Origin: an uncultured Collinsella sp.
GTDB taxonomy: Bacteria > Actinomycetota > Coriobacteriia > Coriobacteriales > Coriobacteriaceae
DNA: 49,703 nucleotides
Direction of reading: 5' to 3'
NCBI GenBank assembly: GCA_938045085.1
Contig: CALINZ010000197.1
Location: forward strand, 1-49,703
Positions 36,443-45,657 of this stretch are shown here, piece after piece. Both the position numbers and the translations under genes were made by a program. The number at the start of each line of letters is the position of its first letter. Position 1 is the first letter of the stretch. The notes below the pieces were generated by a model. The model was not told the origin of the DNA and did no database searches. It worked only from the letters and a program-made list of their open reading frames with translations.

Positions 36443-37609
36443 ATGTTCGAGAAGAGTGTCGAGGAGCTCACCGAGCTCGGCGCCCAGATCACCACGGCCG
36501 AGATTGCTCAGCAGCCCGAGCTTTGGCGTGATACGCTCAACATCTATCGCGAGAACAAGGAGGCCATCGAGGCCTTCCTGGCCGAGGCTCGCGCTATGGG
36601 CGAGGGCCGTCTGTCCGTTGTCTTCACCGGTGCCGGTACGTCCGACTACGTTGGCGATACCTGCGCCCCGTACCTGCGTCACGCTGGCAACACTGATCTC
36701 TACGACTTTAAGCCCATCGCCACGACCGACATCGTGAGCGCCCCGCGCGACTTCCTACGCGCCGAGGATCCCACGCTCGTGGTTTCCTTTGCCCGCTCTG
36801 GCAACAGCCCCGAGAGCCTTGCCGCCGTTGCCGTTGCCAAGGAGCTCGTCCACAACGTCAAGTTCCTCAACATCACCTGCGCTCCCGAGGGCAAGCTCGC
36901 CGTCGAGTCTGCCGATGATCCCAACGCGCTGACGCTGCTCATTCCGCGCGCCAACGACAAGGGCTTCGCCATGACCGGTTCTTATTCCTGCATGACCCTG
37001 CTCTCCACCCTTATTTTTGACACTGCCTCTGACGAGCAGAAGGCCGAGTGGGTCGAGACCATCGCCAAGATGGGCGAGGAGGTCATCTCCCGTGAGCCCG
37101 AGATCGCCGATTACCTGGCTGGCGACTTCAACCGCGTGACCTACTTGGGTTCTGGCTCCTTCGGTGGCCTTGCCCAGGAGAGCCAGCTCAAGATCCTTGA
37201 GCTCGCTCACGGTCTGGTCGCTACTTCCTACGACACCTCCATGGGCTATCGTCACGGACCTAAGTCCTTCGTCGACGATAAGACGCTCGTCTTCGTGTTC
37301 GTCAACAACGACGCCTACACCCGTCAGTACGACATCGACATCCTCAACGAGATCGGTGGCGACGAGATCGCTCAGCACACCATCGCCGTTCAGCAGGAAG
37401 GTGCCACCGTCTACGAGGGCGAGTCCTTCACCTTTAAGGGCTACGAGGCACTTCCCGAGGGCTACCTTGCTCTGCCGTTCGTGATGTTTGCCCAGGCTAT
37501 CAGCCTGCTCAACTCCGTGCGCGTGGGCAACACGCCCGACACGCCGAGCCCCACTGGCACGGTCAACCGCGTGGTTAAGGGCGTGACGATTCACCCCTTC
37601 ACCGCTTAA
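36443..37609 (+). CDS. agaS: Galactosamine-6-phosphate deaminase/isomerase (double SIS domain)
   Basis: EIAQQP, TGAGTS, SFARSGNSPES, FAMTGS, RHGPKSF, PDTPSPTGTVNRVVKGV. Confidence 0.93.
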   Translation: MFEKSVEELTELGAQITTAEIAQQPELWRDTLNIYRENKEAIEAFLAEARAMGEGRLSVVFTGAGTSDYVGDTCAPYLRHAGNTDLYDFKPIATTDIVSAPRDFLRAEDPTLVVSFARSGNSPESLAAVAVAKELVHNVKFLNITCAPEGKLAVESADDPNALTLLIPRANDKGFAMTGSYSCMTLLSTLIFDTASDEQKAEWVETIAKMGEEVISREPEIADYLAGDFNRVTYLGSGSFGGLAQESQLKILELAHGLVATSYDTSMGYRHGPKSFVDDKTLVFVFVNNDAYTRQYDIDILNEIGGDEIAQHTIAVQQEGATVYEGESFTFKGYEALPEGYLALPFVMFAQAISLLNSVRVGNTPDTPSPTGTVNRVVKGVTIHPFTA

Positions 37610-37627
37610 TCGCGTCCCCCTGTAAGG

Positions 37628-37669
37628 GCGCCCGTCCGCTCATAACGGCGGGCGGGCGCTTTTTGTTTT
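37628..37669 (+). terminator. Intrinsic terminator after agaS
   Basis: GCGCCCGTCCG / CGGGCGGGCGC followed by a T tract. Confidence 0.7.
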
Positions 37670-37726
37670 ACGTGAGCTGGGTATAAGCATCACCACAGTC
37701 AACTGCTTTAGAAGCGAGGAGTGCAT

Positions 37727-38896
37727 ATGAGCACGTACGCAATTAAGGCTGACAAGTTCTTCTTGCCGGCAGGCCCGCAACTGGGCGGCTATCTTATGGT
37801 CGAGGATGGCGTCTTTGGCGCCTGGCAGGCCGACGAGCCCTCTTGCGAGATTAAGGACTACACGGGATCGTGGATCGCACCGGGTATGGTCGATACTCAC
37901 ATCCATGGCTTCTACAACCACTCAACTACCGATAACGATCCCGAGGGCATCGATATCAGCTCGACCGAGCTCGCCCGTCGCGGTACCACCAGCTGGCTGC
38001 CCACGACGTTCACCGATGGCGTCGAGCAGATCAAGGACGCCTGCGCCGCCATCGCTCAGGCGGACGAGGGTCGCGGCCCCGACTTCTGCGGTGCCCGCAT
38101 TCAGGGCATCTACCTGGAAGGCCCCTTCTTTACCATGAAGCACGTGGGTGCGCAGAACCCCGCTTACCTGATCGATCCCTCCGAGGAGGTCTTCGATCAG
38201 TGGCAGGAGGCTGCGGGTGGTCGCATCGTTAAGAGCGCCATGGCGGCCGAGCGCGACGGTGCCGCTGCTTATGCGGCTGCTCTGAATGCCAAGGGTGTGG
38301 TGACCAGCATCGGTCACTCCGACGCCACCTACGATGAGTGCATCGCCGCCATCAACGCCGGTGCCAGCTGCTTTACGCATACCTATAACGGTCAGCGCGG
38401 GCTGCATCACCGTGAGCCCGGTGTCGTGGGCGCTGCCATGTCCACGCCCGAGACCTACGCCGAGATCATCTGTGACGGCAAGCACGTTAACCCTGCCGCC
38501 ATCAAGGCGCTGCTGCAGGCAAAGGGCTGGCAACACACGGTGCTCATCACTGACTGCCTGGGTTGCGGCGGCATGCCCGAGGGCAGCTACACCAGTGGTG
38601 GCATGGACGTCATCATGAAGGACAACCTGTGCTGGCTCGCCGACGGCAAGAGCATTGCTGGCTCGGTGCTCACGCTTGCCCAGGGCGTCAAGAACATCGT
38701 CGACTGGGGCATCGCCAGCGCCGATATCGCCATTCGTATGGCAACCGAGGTGCCGGCACGCTCCGCGCACATCGAGGATAAGTGCGGCAGCATCATGCCG
38801 GGTCGCGACGCCGACTTTGTCGTGTTCGACCATGAGCTTACCCTCGTCGAGACGTATGTTGGCGGCCAGAGCGTCGGCAACGCCTTTACCGAGTAA
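37727..38896 (+). CDS. nagA: N-acetylhexosamine-6-phosphate deacetylase (NagA/AgaA)
   Basis: PGMVDTHIHG, GTTSWLPT, LEGPF, GHSDA, THTYN, HHREPG, DGKH, ITD, IAGS. Confidence 0.94.
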   Translation: MSTYAIKADKFFLPAGPQLGGYLMVEDGVFGAWQADEPSCEIKDYTGSWIAPGMVDTHIHGFYNHSTTDNDPEGIDISSTELARRGTTSWLPTTFTDGVEQIKDACAAIAQADEGRGPDFCGARIQGIYLEGPFFTMKHVGAQNPAYLIDPSEEVFDQWQEAAGGRIVKSAMAAERDGAAAYAAALNAKGVVTSIGHSDATYDECIAAINAGASCFTHTYNGQRGLHHREPGVVGAAMSTPETYAEIICDGKHVNPAAIKALLQAKGWQHTVLITDCLGCGGMPEGSYTSGGMDVIMKDNLCWLADGKSIAGSVLTLAQGVKNIVDWGIASADIAIRMATEVPARSAHIEDKCGSIMPGRDADFVVFDHELTLVETYVGGQSVGNAFTE

Positions 38897-38971
38897 CGAT
38901 AGAAAAAGACGGCGGGCCCGAATCTGCTCGGACCCGCCGTATGGGTTAAACGCTCAAAAGCACCTTCACAG

Positions 38972-39556
38972 TTACAGCTTGTTAGCGATCTTCTTTGCCG
39001 TGCGCTTGACGCCGGCCACCAGGCCTCCTGCAGGATGCTCCTTCTCGTATGCTAGACGCTTCTCGCGCTTGGCGTACTCTTCGACGATGATATCGCCATA
39101 TTCGTCTTCGATCTTATCGAAGAAGTCGACGGCGCCCTTAATTTCCTCAGCGGTTGGGTGTCCCTTTTGGACACCGCCGGCGAGTTTGAACGGCCCCCAC
39201 GTATCAAAGCCGGGGCAGCCGTAGACACCCATAAAGATGGCCTGCCTCATGCGGCAGATGCCATCGATATCCTTGCCGTACCACTTGTTTTTGCCACCGT
39301 AGGTCATAAGGCCAAACACCTTGTCCTGCGGCTGCAGCACGTTCGTGAGCACTCGTGCCATGTCCTTGTCGATCTCGGAGTAATAGATGCCCGTGGCGAC
39401 GCCAATCAGATGGTATTCGTGCAGGTCGGGGTACTCGTTTTTGCCAAGCGCCTTGACGTCGAGGGTATCGATCTCGGGGTGTGCCTCGACGATGGCGTCC
39501 ACGAGCTTTTTCGTATTGCCGTGATGGCGCGAGGCGTAGAGGATGATGGTTCGCAT
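38972..39556 (-). CDS. Flavodoxin-family protein
   Basis: IILYASRHHGNTKK FMN loop; GFDTWGPFKL.GG..KGHP. Confidence 0.82.
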   Translation of the reverse strand: MRTIILYASRHHGNTKKLVDAIVEAHPEIDTLDVKALGKNEYPDLHEYHLIGVATGIYYSEIDKDMARVLTNVLQPQDKVFGLMTYGGKNKWYGKDIDGICRMRQAIFMGVYGCPGFDTWGPFKLAGGVQKGHPTAEEIKGAVDFFDKIEDEYGDIIVEEYAKREKRLAYEKEHPAGGLVAGVKRTAKKIANKL

Positions 39557-39712
39557 AAGAAGGCCTTTCAGCTGTAATTGCATCAATGTCTGTATGGTAC
39601 CCCGTTACATGGCTGGGATACCGGACGCATCGATGAACGTGCGGGTTTGTCCTTTGGTTAGGGCCGAGACGGGTACTTGCGAGCAAAAAGCAGTTGTTCG
39701 AAAGGATGGGCA

Positions 39713-40594
39713 ATGGAATACGCTCTCTCCAACGATTCGATTTCTATTAAGGTGTCCACGGCTGGTGGTTCGTTTACCTCGATTGAGGCCGGAGGTCGCG
39801 AGTATCTGTGGCAGCGCGATCCCGCCGTGTGGTCCGGCCAGGCACCGATTTGCTTCCCGATTTGCGGAGGCTTGCGCGATAACAACGCCATGACGTTTGC
39901 CGGGCATCATGTAAAGCTCGCTCGCCATGGGTTTGCGCGCAAACAGGAGTGGAAGCTGCTGAGCCAGAGCGAGAGCGAGCTGGCGATGTGCCTGGCTTCG
40001 GAGGATAACGCAGCGCTGCTGAGCGATTATCCGTATCCGTTTAAGCTCGTCGCCCGCTATACGCTCGAGGACGCTGCCGTGCGTGTCTCCTATGAAGTGA
40101 CCAACGAGGGCGCCGAGGACATGCCGTTCTTTATCGGTGGACACCCCGGCTTTAGGTGCCCGCTCGACGAGGGCGAGGCCTATACGGACTACGAGTTGCG
40201 CTTCGAGAAAGACGAGGCAGCGGAGCTTTGCACCGCCGTACCCTCGACCGGATTGATTGATGTAGCTAACCGCTCCAAGAACCCCATGGTGGGAAAGACG
40301 CTGCCCCTATCGCACGAGCTCTTCGATTTCGCGGAGACCATCTTTGACGTGCTCGAGAGCCGTCAGGTCACGCTTTCCAAGAAGGGCGAGGACAAGGGCG
40401 TCCGCCTGAGCTTCGAGGGCTTTCCGTATCTCATTGTGTGGAGCAAGCCCGAGGGCGATTTTGTGGCAGTTGAACCCTGGGGCGGCCTTTCGACCTGCTC
40501 CGATGAGGACGACGTGCTTGAGCACAAGCGCGGCTGTCTTATCGCCAAGCCCAAAGAAACCATCGTGCGCTCGTTCACGATCGAGATTCTGTAG
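39713..40594 (+). CDS. lacX: Aldose 1-epimerase family protein (LacX-like)
   Basis: EYLWQ.DP.VW...AP..FP, RHGFAR, YPYPF, IGGHPGF, FVAVEPW. Confidence 0.85.
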   Translation: MEYALSNDSISIKVSTAGGSFTSIEAGGREYLWQRDPAVWSGQAPICFPICGGLRDNNAMTFAGHHVKLARHGFARKQEWKLLSQSESELAMCLASEDNAALLSDYPYPFKLVARYTLEDAAVRVSYEVTNEGAEDMPFFIGGHPGFRCPLDEGEAYTDYELRFEKDEAAELCTAVPSTGLIDVANRSKNPMVGKTLPLSHELFDFAETIFDVLESRQVTLSKKGEDKGVRLSFEGFPYLIVWSKPEGDFVAVEPWGGLSTCSDEDDVLEHKRGCLIAKPKETIVRSFTIEIL

Positions 40595-40653
40595 TCGCGT
40601 GTAGCCAATTCGTTTTGCAAGGCATAAGGAGCCTGCGAGATAAGGAGCTAGAA

Positions 40654-41589
40654 ATGATCCTCACCGTTACGATGAACCCGTCCGTCGATACGCGCTATCA
40701 GCTCGATGAGCTCGTCATTGACGACGTAAACCGTGTGACGCCCGAAAAGACCGCCGGCGGCAAGGGCCTTAACGTAGCCCGCGTCCTTGGTCAGCTGGGC
40801 GACGACGTTGTGGCAACCGGCCTGCTTGGTGGTCATATGGGCGCCTATATGGCCGAGCTCATGGATGCCAATGGCATTAAGAATGATTTTGTGCCCATCA
40901 AGGGTGAGACCCGCATCTGCCTTAACATCCTTCATGCCGGTAACCAGACCGAGCTGCTCGAGAGCGGCCCGACGATTGCCCCCGAGGAGCTCGATGCCTT
41001 TACCGCCAAGTTTACCGAGCTTGCGAGCAAGGCCGACGTTGTCACCATCTCGGGTTCGCTGCCCCGCGGTGTCGAGGCAGACTACTATGCCAAGATCACG
41101 GGCATTGCCGAGAACGCCGGCGCCAAGGTGCTGCTCGATACCTCGGGCGCTTCGCTCGAGGCCGCCCTTAAGTCCGAAATTAAGCCCGAGCTGGTCAAGC
41201 CTAATCTGACCGAGATCAACGGCCTTCTGGGCACGAGCTTTACCACCGACGATGTGGACGAGCTCCGCGCCGCGCTCGCCTCTGATGCCCGCTTCTCCGA
41301 TATCCCCTGGGTCGTCGTGTCCATGGGTGCTGCCGGCTCCGTTGGCTTCCACAATGGCCGTGCGTTCCGCGCAAAGACGCCCGATATCCCTGCCGTTAAC
41401 GCCACGGGCTCTGGTGACTCCACTATCGCAGGCTTCGCGCATGCCATCGCTGCCGGCGCAGACGACGAGACGGTGCTGCGTACCGCCAACACCTGCGGCA
41501 AGCTCAACGCCATGGATCCCATGACCGGCCATCTGGTCATGGACCGTTGGGACGAGGTCTACAACGGCGTTGTCGTGACCGAGCTGTAA
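40654..41589 (+). CDS. lacC: Tagatose-6-phosphate kinase (PfkB family)
   Basis: MILTVTMNPSVD, AGGKGLNVARV, SGSLP, KPN..E, NATGSGDSTIAG; located in the aga cluster. Confidence 0.85.
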   Translation: MILTVTMNPSVDTRYQLDELVIDDVNRVTPEKTAGGKGLNVARVLGQLGDDVVATGLLGGHMGAYMAELMDANGIKNDFVPIKGETRICLNILHAGNQTELLESGPTIAPEELDAFTAKFTELASKADVVTISGSLPRGVEADYYAKITGIAENAGAKVLLDTSGASLEAALKSEIKPELVKPNLTEINGLLGTSFTTDDVDELRAALASDARFSDIPWVVVSMGAAGSVGFHNGRAFRAKTPDIPAVNATGSGDSTIAGFAHAIAAGADDETVLRTANTCGKLNAMDPMTGHLVMDRWDEVYNGVVVTEL

Positions 41590-41628
41590 GAGTTTGGGTG
41601 ACGGCCCCGGCATCGCTTGCTAGCTCCT

Positions 41629-41754
41629 GTCGACGATAAGTGCAGTAGCATTATGCCGGGGCGCGACGCCGACACTGTCGTGTTCAATCCCGACCTTACC
41701 CTGGTCGAGACGTATGTGGGTGGCAAGAGCGTCGGCAATGCGTTTGCCGAGTAG
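41629..41754 (+). pseudogene. 3' remnant of a second nagA copy
   Basis: VDDKCSSIMPGRDADTVVFNPDLTLVETYVGGKSVGNAFAE* aligns without gaps to the nagA C-terminus (38771-38896), 32/41 aa identical. In-frame stops lie just upstream. Confidence 0.85.
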
Positions 41755-41786
41755 CCGCCAAAGAAACGATCCGAGAGGGGATTTAG

Positions 41787-42260
41787 ATGATTTACGGTGC
41801 ATTGGGCGATATCGAGGAGTACCGCGGAATGCTCAAGGGCCTCGACGTGCTGATCGACTGGCTCGAGGAGAACGACCCGGCGCAGCTCGAGGTCGGCAGC
41901 CATCCGATTCTGGGCGACAAGGTCTATGCGAACGTCATGGCTCCCACGACGCGTCCCGAGGCCGAGGCTCACTATGAGACGCATCAGCGCTATCACGACC
42001 TGCAGATCGACGTTGAGGGTCGTGAGGCCTTTAAGGTCGCTACGGGCAGCCTGACGCTGGTCCAGGAGTTTGACGAAAAGGACGACTACGATCTGGTCGA
42101 TTCTGACGCCTCGATCGCCGGCGATCTTGCCGACGACAAGTTTGCGCTGTTCGTTGCCGGCGAGCCTCACATGCCCACGCTCGAGTTCCCGGGCGATGGC
42201 GCGCAGCCGGTCAAGAAGATTTGCTTTAAGTTGCTTGCCGACGCCTACTGGGAGGAGTAG
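41787..42260 (+). CDS. YhcH/YjgK/YiaL (NanQ-like) family protein
   Basis: ETHQRYHDLQI, GRE, F..GEPHMP, VKKI.FK. Confidence 0.88.
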   Translation: MIYGALGDIEEYRGMLKGLDVLIDWLEENDPAQLEVGSHPILGDKVYANVMAPTTRPEAEAHYETHQRYHDLQIDVEGREAFKVATGSLTLVQEFDEKDDYDLVDSDASIAGDLADDKFALFVAGEPHMPTLEFPGDGAQPVKKICFKLLADAYWEE

Positions 42261-42322
42261 CGAGCTGCTCGGCTGAGCTGTTCGTATGCTGGCGTGATTC
42301 CCCTATAGAAATCACGCCAGGA

Positions 42323-42369
42323 CCCCGCCAAATGCGTTTTCCCTAGGGGATCACGTTTGGCGGGGTTTT
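42323..42369 (+). terminator. Intrinsic terminator
   Basis: CCCCGCCAAA...TTTGGCGGGG followed by a T tract. Confidence 0.65.
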
Positions 42370-42473
42370 CTGTTTTTGTGTAGAAAGCGGTCAACGTGGC
42401 GATGCTTGGATTGGCGGATGTGCGCCCGAAATCGGCAACAAAAAAGCCGCCCGAAGGCGGCTATCTTGTGCAA

Positions 42474-42549
42474 TGGAGCCAGCGACCGGGCTCGAACCGG
42501 TGACCCCCGCTTTACGAGAGCGGTGCTCTACCAACTGAGCTACGCTGGC
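42474..42549 (-). tRNA. tRNA-Thr(CGT)
   Basis: Reverse complement GCCAGCGTAGCTCAGTTGGTAGAGCACCGCT-CTCGTAA-AGCGGGGGTCACCGGTTCGAGCCCGGTCGCTGGCTCCA: 76 nt, encoded CCA, hairpin terminator at 42441-42462. Confidence 0.96.
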
Positions 42550-42706
42550 GGCCATGTGATGACGCAACTGAGGCGTCAACGGCTGTCTATGATACGGGAC
42601 ATCGCAAATCCGCGCAAGTGCTCTGACGGCTTTTCTCACTTTAAATGCACTAATATTGGAGACGTGATGTCTCGCTCTTACGGGTCTCAAACAGAATGGG
42701 GCAGCC

Positions 42707-43189
42707 ATGGCTCAACCCAAGATCCTACTCACGCGTATCGATGACCGTTTCATTTACGGGCAAGACGTTGAGCTGTGGAACGAGGCCGTGGGCTCCAACC
42801 TTGTCCTAATCGTCAACGATGAGATCGCGGCGGACGCTCGCAAGTGGGCCCCTATGAGGGTGGCGACGCCAGAAGGCGTTTGGACGCGCTTTTTCTCGGT
42901 GCAAAGGACCATCGACATCATTCATACCGCAACGTCGCGTCAATTGATTCTGATCATGGTGTCCTCACCCGCCGATGTGCTCGTGCTGGTTAAGGGCGGT
43001 GTGCCGATCACCAAGATCAGCATCGGCCATATGCGGGCGGGGGAGGGCAAGCGCTCTGTAACGCCTGCCGTTGCCGTAGACGATACGGACATCGCCACCT
43101 TCAAAGAGCTGCAAAAGCTCGGCATAGAACTAGAAATCCGCTATCTTCCCAGTTCCGCCCCCGACCCCATCGGCAATCTGTTCAACTGA
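42707..43189 (+). CDS. Orphan mannose-family EIIB paralog lacking the phospho-His (His17 to Tyr)
   Basis: 160 aa, colinear with AgaV (32966-33448), but RIDDRFIYGQD replaces RIDNRLVHGQV. Confidence 0.88.
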   Translation: MAQPKILLTRIDDRFIYGQDVELWNEAVGSNLVLIVNDEIAADARKWAPMRVATPEGVWTRFFSVQRTIDIIHTATSRQLILIMVSSPADVLVLVKGGVPITKISIGHMRAGEGKRSVTPAVAVDDTDIATFKELQKLGIELEIRYLPSSAPDPIGNLFN

Positions 43190-43251
43190 TCCCTTGGGGA
43201 CGGAGGAAAACGGATTATTGTACCCTTGCGAGGGACGCGCGCGATGCCGCC

Positions 43252-43411
43252 TGTCAAAACTATGTCCATTTACTACGTTTGATCGGCTATCGTCGAGCAT
43301 GTCGAATTTGGGAAAAACAAAACCGCAGGTAGATGGCTCGCAAATGTAACAAAAACCGGTGTATGGTCGAGCATCCCGGGCTAAACGTAGTAAATGGGCA
43401 TAGTTTTGATA
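43252..43411. repeat. 160-bp element with 29-bp terminal inverted repeats
   Basis: TGTCAAAACTATGTCCATTTACTACGTTT (43252-43280) vs 43383-43411: 27/29 match. Confidence 0.88.
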
Positions 43412-43514
43412 TGTCACTCATACAGTCACAGCGAAAATGAGCCCAAAAGATGAAAAAGCGCCCGCCGGCGGTGGTGCCGGCGGGCGCTGCTGTGCGATAT
43501 GTCGCATTGTGGGC

Positions 43515-44567
43515 TTAGTGCCTCATAAAGTGGTACTCGATCACATTGCTGTAGGGGTGACCCGGGCCCACAATGCCCTGCGGGAACAGCGGCTGGTGCG
43601 GCGTGTCGGGGTACATCTCGGCTTCGAGGGCAAAGCCGGCGCCCCAACCATAGTTGGCGTCGTCCTTGGCGTGCTCGTCGCCCAGCCAGTTGCCGGTGTA
43701 GAGCTGCACGCCCGGGGCGGTGGTGAAGTAGTCCAGCTCACGGCCGGTCCACATCTCCTCAACATGCAGGGCGCGACGCAGGTTGCGCCCGTACTGATAG
43801 CCATCGATGCACAGGCAGTGATCGTAGCCACGGGCTTGCTTAATCTGCGGGTCGTCGGCCTCCAAGCCGGGTGCGACGGGGCGCAGCTCGCGGAAGTCAA
43901 ACGGTGTTCCCTCGACCGGAGCAATCTCGCCGGTAGGGATGTTCTGCTCGTTAATGGGCAGGTAGTGAGCAGCGTTAGCAACAAAGAAGTGCTCACAGTC
44001 CATGCCGGCGTTATGACCGGCAAGGTTAAAGTACGTGTGGTTGGTCATGGACACGTAGGTGGCGCGGTCGCTCTCGCAGCCATACTCGATGCGAAAGACG
44101 CCGGTGCGTGTAACGGTAAACACGGCCGTAAAGGTGCGGTTGCCGGGAAGGCCCAGTTCGCCATCCTCAAGCGAGGTGGTCATGCGCACGGCGTTATGGG
44201 CCTCGTCGAGCTCAACGTCCCACACGCGTTTATGCAGACCGTGCTCAAGATCGCTGTGCAGGTTGTTGGCGCCCTCGTTGGCGGGCATATGCCAGTCCGT
44301 GCAGTCGATGGTAATCGTGGCGCCCGCGGTGCGGTTGGCCACGGGGCCGATGGTCGCGCCAAAGCAGGCGGGGTTGTCAAAGTAATCCTCGAGCTTATCG
44401 AAGCCCAGCACCACATCGCGCACGTTGCCGGGAATGTCGGGCACATCGATACCTAGCACGGTGGCGCCATAGTCCATAATGCGAACGCAGATCTCGGGCC
44501 CGTTGAGGGTGTAACGATGAACGGGGGTACCGCACGGCGCGGTGCCGAAAAGCTCGGAAGTGATCAT
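43515..44567 (-). CDS. galM: Galactose mutarotase / aldose 1-epimerase
   Basis: DVVLGFD, FGATIGPVANR, NEGANNLHS, TNHTYFNL, GYDH, PGVQLYTGN. Confidence 0.92.
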   Translation of the reverse strand: MITSELFGTAPCGTPVHRYTLNGPEICVRIMDYGATVLGIDVPDIPGNVRDVVLGFDKLEDYFDNPACFGATIGPVANRTAGATITIDCTDWHMPANEGANNLHSDLEHGLHKRVWDVELDEAHNAVRMTTSLEDGELGLPGNRTFTAVFTVTRTGVFRIEYGCESDRATYVSMTNHTYFNLAGHNAGMDCEHFFVANAAHYLPINEQNIPTGEIAPVEGTPFDFRELRPVAPGLEADDPQIKQARGYDHCLCIDGYQYGRNLRRALHVEEMWTGRELDYFTTAPGVQLYTGNWLGDEHAKDDANYGWGAGFALEAEMYPDTPHQPLFPQGIVGPGHPYSNVIEYHFMRH

Positions 44568-44773
44568 TTGGTTCCTAACATCGAGGTATTTCCGACAAAC
44601 TGTAGCGCGAACAGGCGAGATTATCACTACACCCCACTAAAGCAGAGGGTATTTTTCTCAAAAAAGTGATGATTGGAGCTGTGCGGGCATTCATTTTTGA
44701 CGCGCACGAGTCTGATACAATTTGTTCGTTACTGTTTGAATGATATGCGCGCAAAGAACGGCGAGGATTCATC

Positions 44774-45538
44774 GTGATTAAGGCAGAGCGACAGGATAAG
44801 GTTCGTCAGCTGCTCGAGGAGCAGGGCACGGTCTCGGTCAAGGAGATTTCGGATGCACTGGGCGTCTCGGATATGACGATCCGCCGCGATCTTGAGGAGC
44901 TTGCGAGCCTAGGTGAGATTGAGCGCGTGCACGGTGGAGCCCGTAGCTCGCAGGGCCGTCCCCACGCTATGTTGCGCCACGAGTATTCGCACAGCGAAAA
45001 GCGTACCAAGCATGCCGAGGAGAAGTTGCAGATCGCGCGCCGCGCTGTGGAGCTCATCGAGGAGGGTTCGACCATCTTTTTGGGTACGGGCACCACGGTT
45101 GAGCAGATGGCTTCGATGCTGCCGGCATTTCGCCTGCGCATCGTGACCAATTCGCTTTCGGTCTTTAACCTGCTCGAGGCGCGCGAGGGCTGCGACCTGT
45201 GCCTCGTGGGCGGTATGTACCGTCGCCGCACCGCCGCTTTTGTGGGACCAACGGCCGAGGATACCCTGCGTGCGCTGGGCATCGACGCGGCGTTTATCGG
45301 CGCCAACGGCATTCTGGATGGCGACGTGTCTACGTCCAATATGGATGAGGGCCGTATCCAGCAGCTCGCCTTTAGCAAGGCCGACTCGCGCTATCTGATC
45401 GCCGATTCTAGCAAAATTGGTAAGCGCGACTTCTACACCTTCTGCCGCCTGGACAGCCTGGACGCCGTGGTGTGCGAGCCGGGTATTACCGCCGAGGATC
45501 GTGCCGCCATCGAGGAACACACGCAGGTTATTTGCTAG
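44774..45538 (+). CDS. DeoR-family regulator (LacR-like)
   Basis: VSDMTIRRDL, RVHGGA, IFLGTGTT, VTNS, ADSSKI. Confidence 0.9.
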   Translation: MIKAERQDKVRQLLEEQGTVSVKEISDALGVSDMTIRRDLEELASLGEIERVHGGARSSQGRPHAMLRHEYSHSEKRTKHAEEKLQIARRAVELIEEGSTIFLGTGTTVEQMASMLPAFRLRIVTNSLSVFNLLEAREGCDLCLVGGMYRRRTAAFVGPTAEDTLRALGIDAAFIGANGILDGDVSTSNMDEGRIQQLAFSKADSRYLIADSSKIGKRDFYTFCRLDSLDAVVCEPGITAEDRAAIEEHTQVIC

Positions 45539-45657
45539 TTATCGCTACGGGATTGCCAACGGGTGATGCGGGAGGACTTTTACCTCCTGTCATTGTGGAA
45601 ACCAGCGTGTCAGCGCTACGCGATATGACGCGCAAATAAGGACTCCACTATCAAATC

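Noticed and set aside
41587..41754. Stop-codon read-through fusion of lacC to the nagA fragment (same frame)
   Set aside because: Two in-frame stops (TAA 41587, TGA 41599) intervene.
42474..42549. tRNA-Thr as an island or prophage attachment site
   Set aside because: No integrase and no duplicated tRNA 3' end seen; a normal terminator follows.
43437..44456. 339-aa plus-strand ORF
   Set aside because: Antisense shadow of galM.
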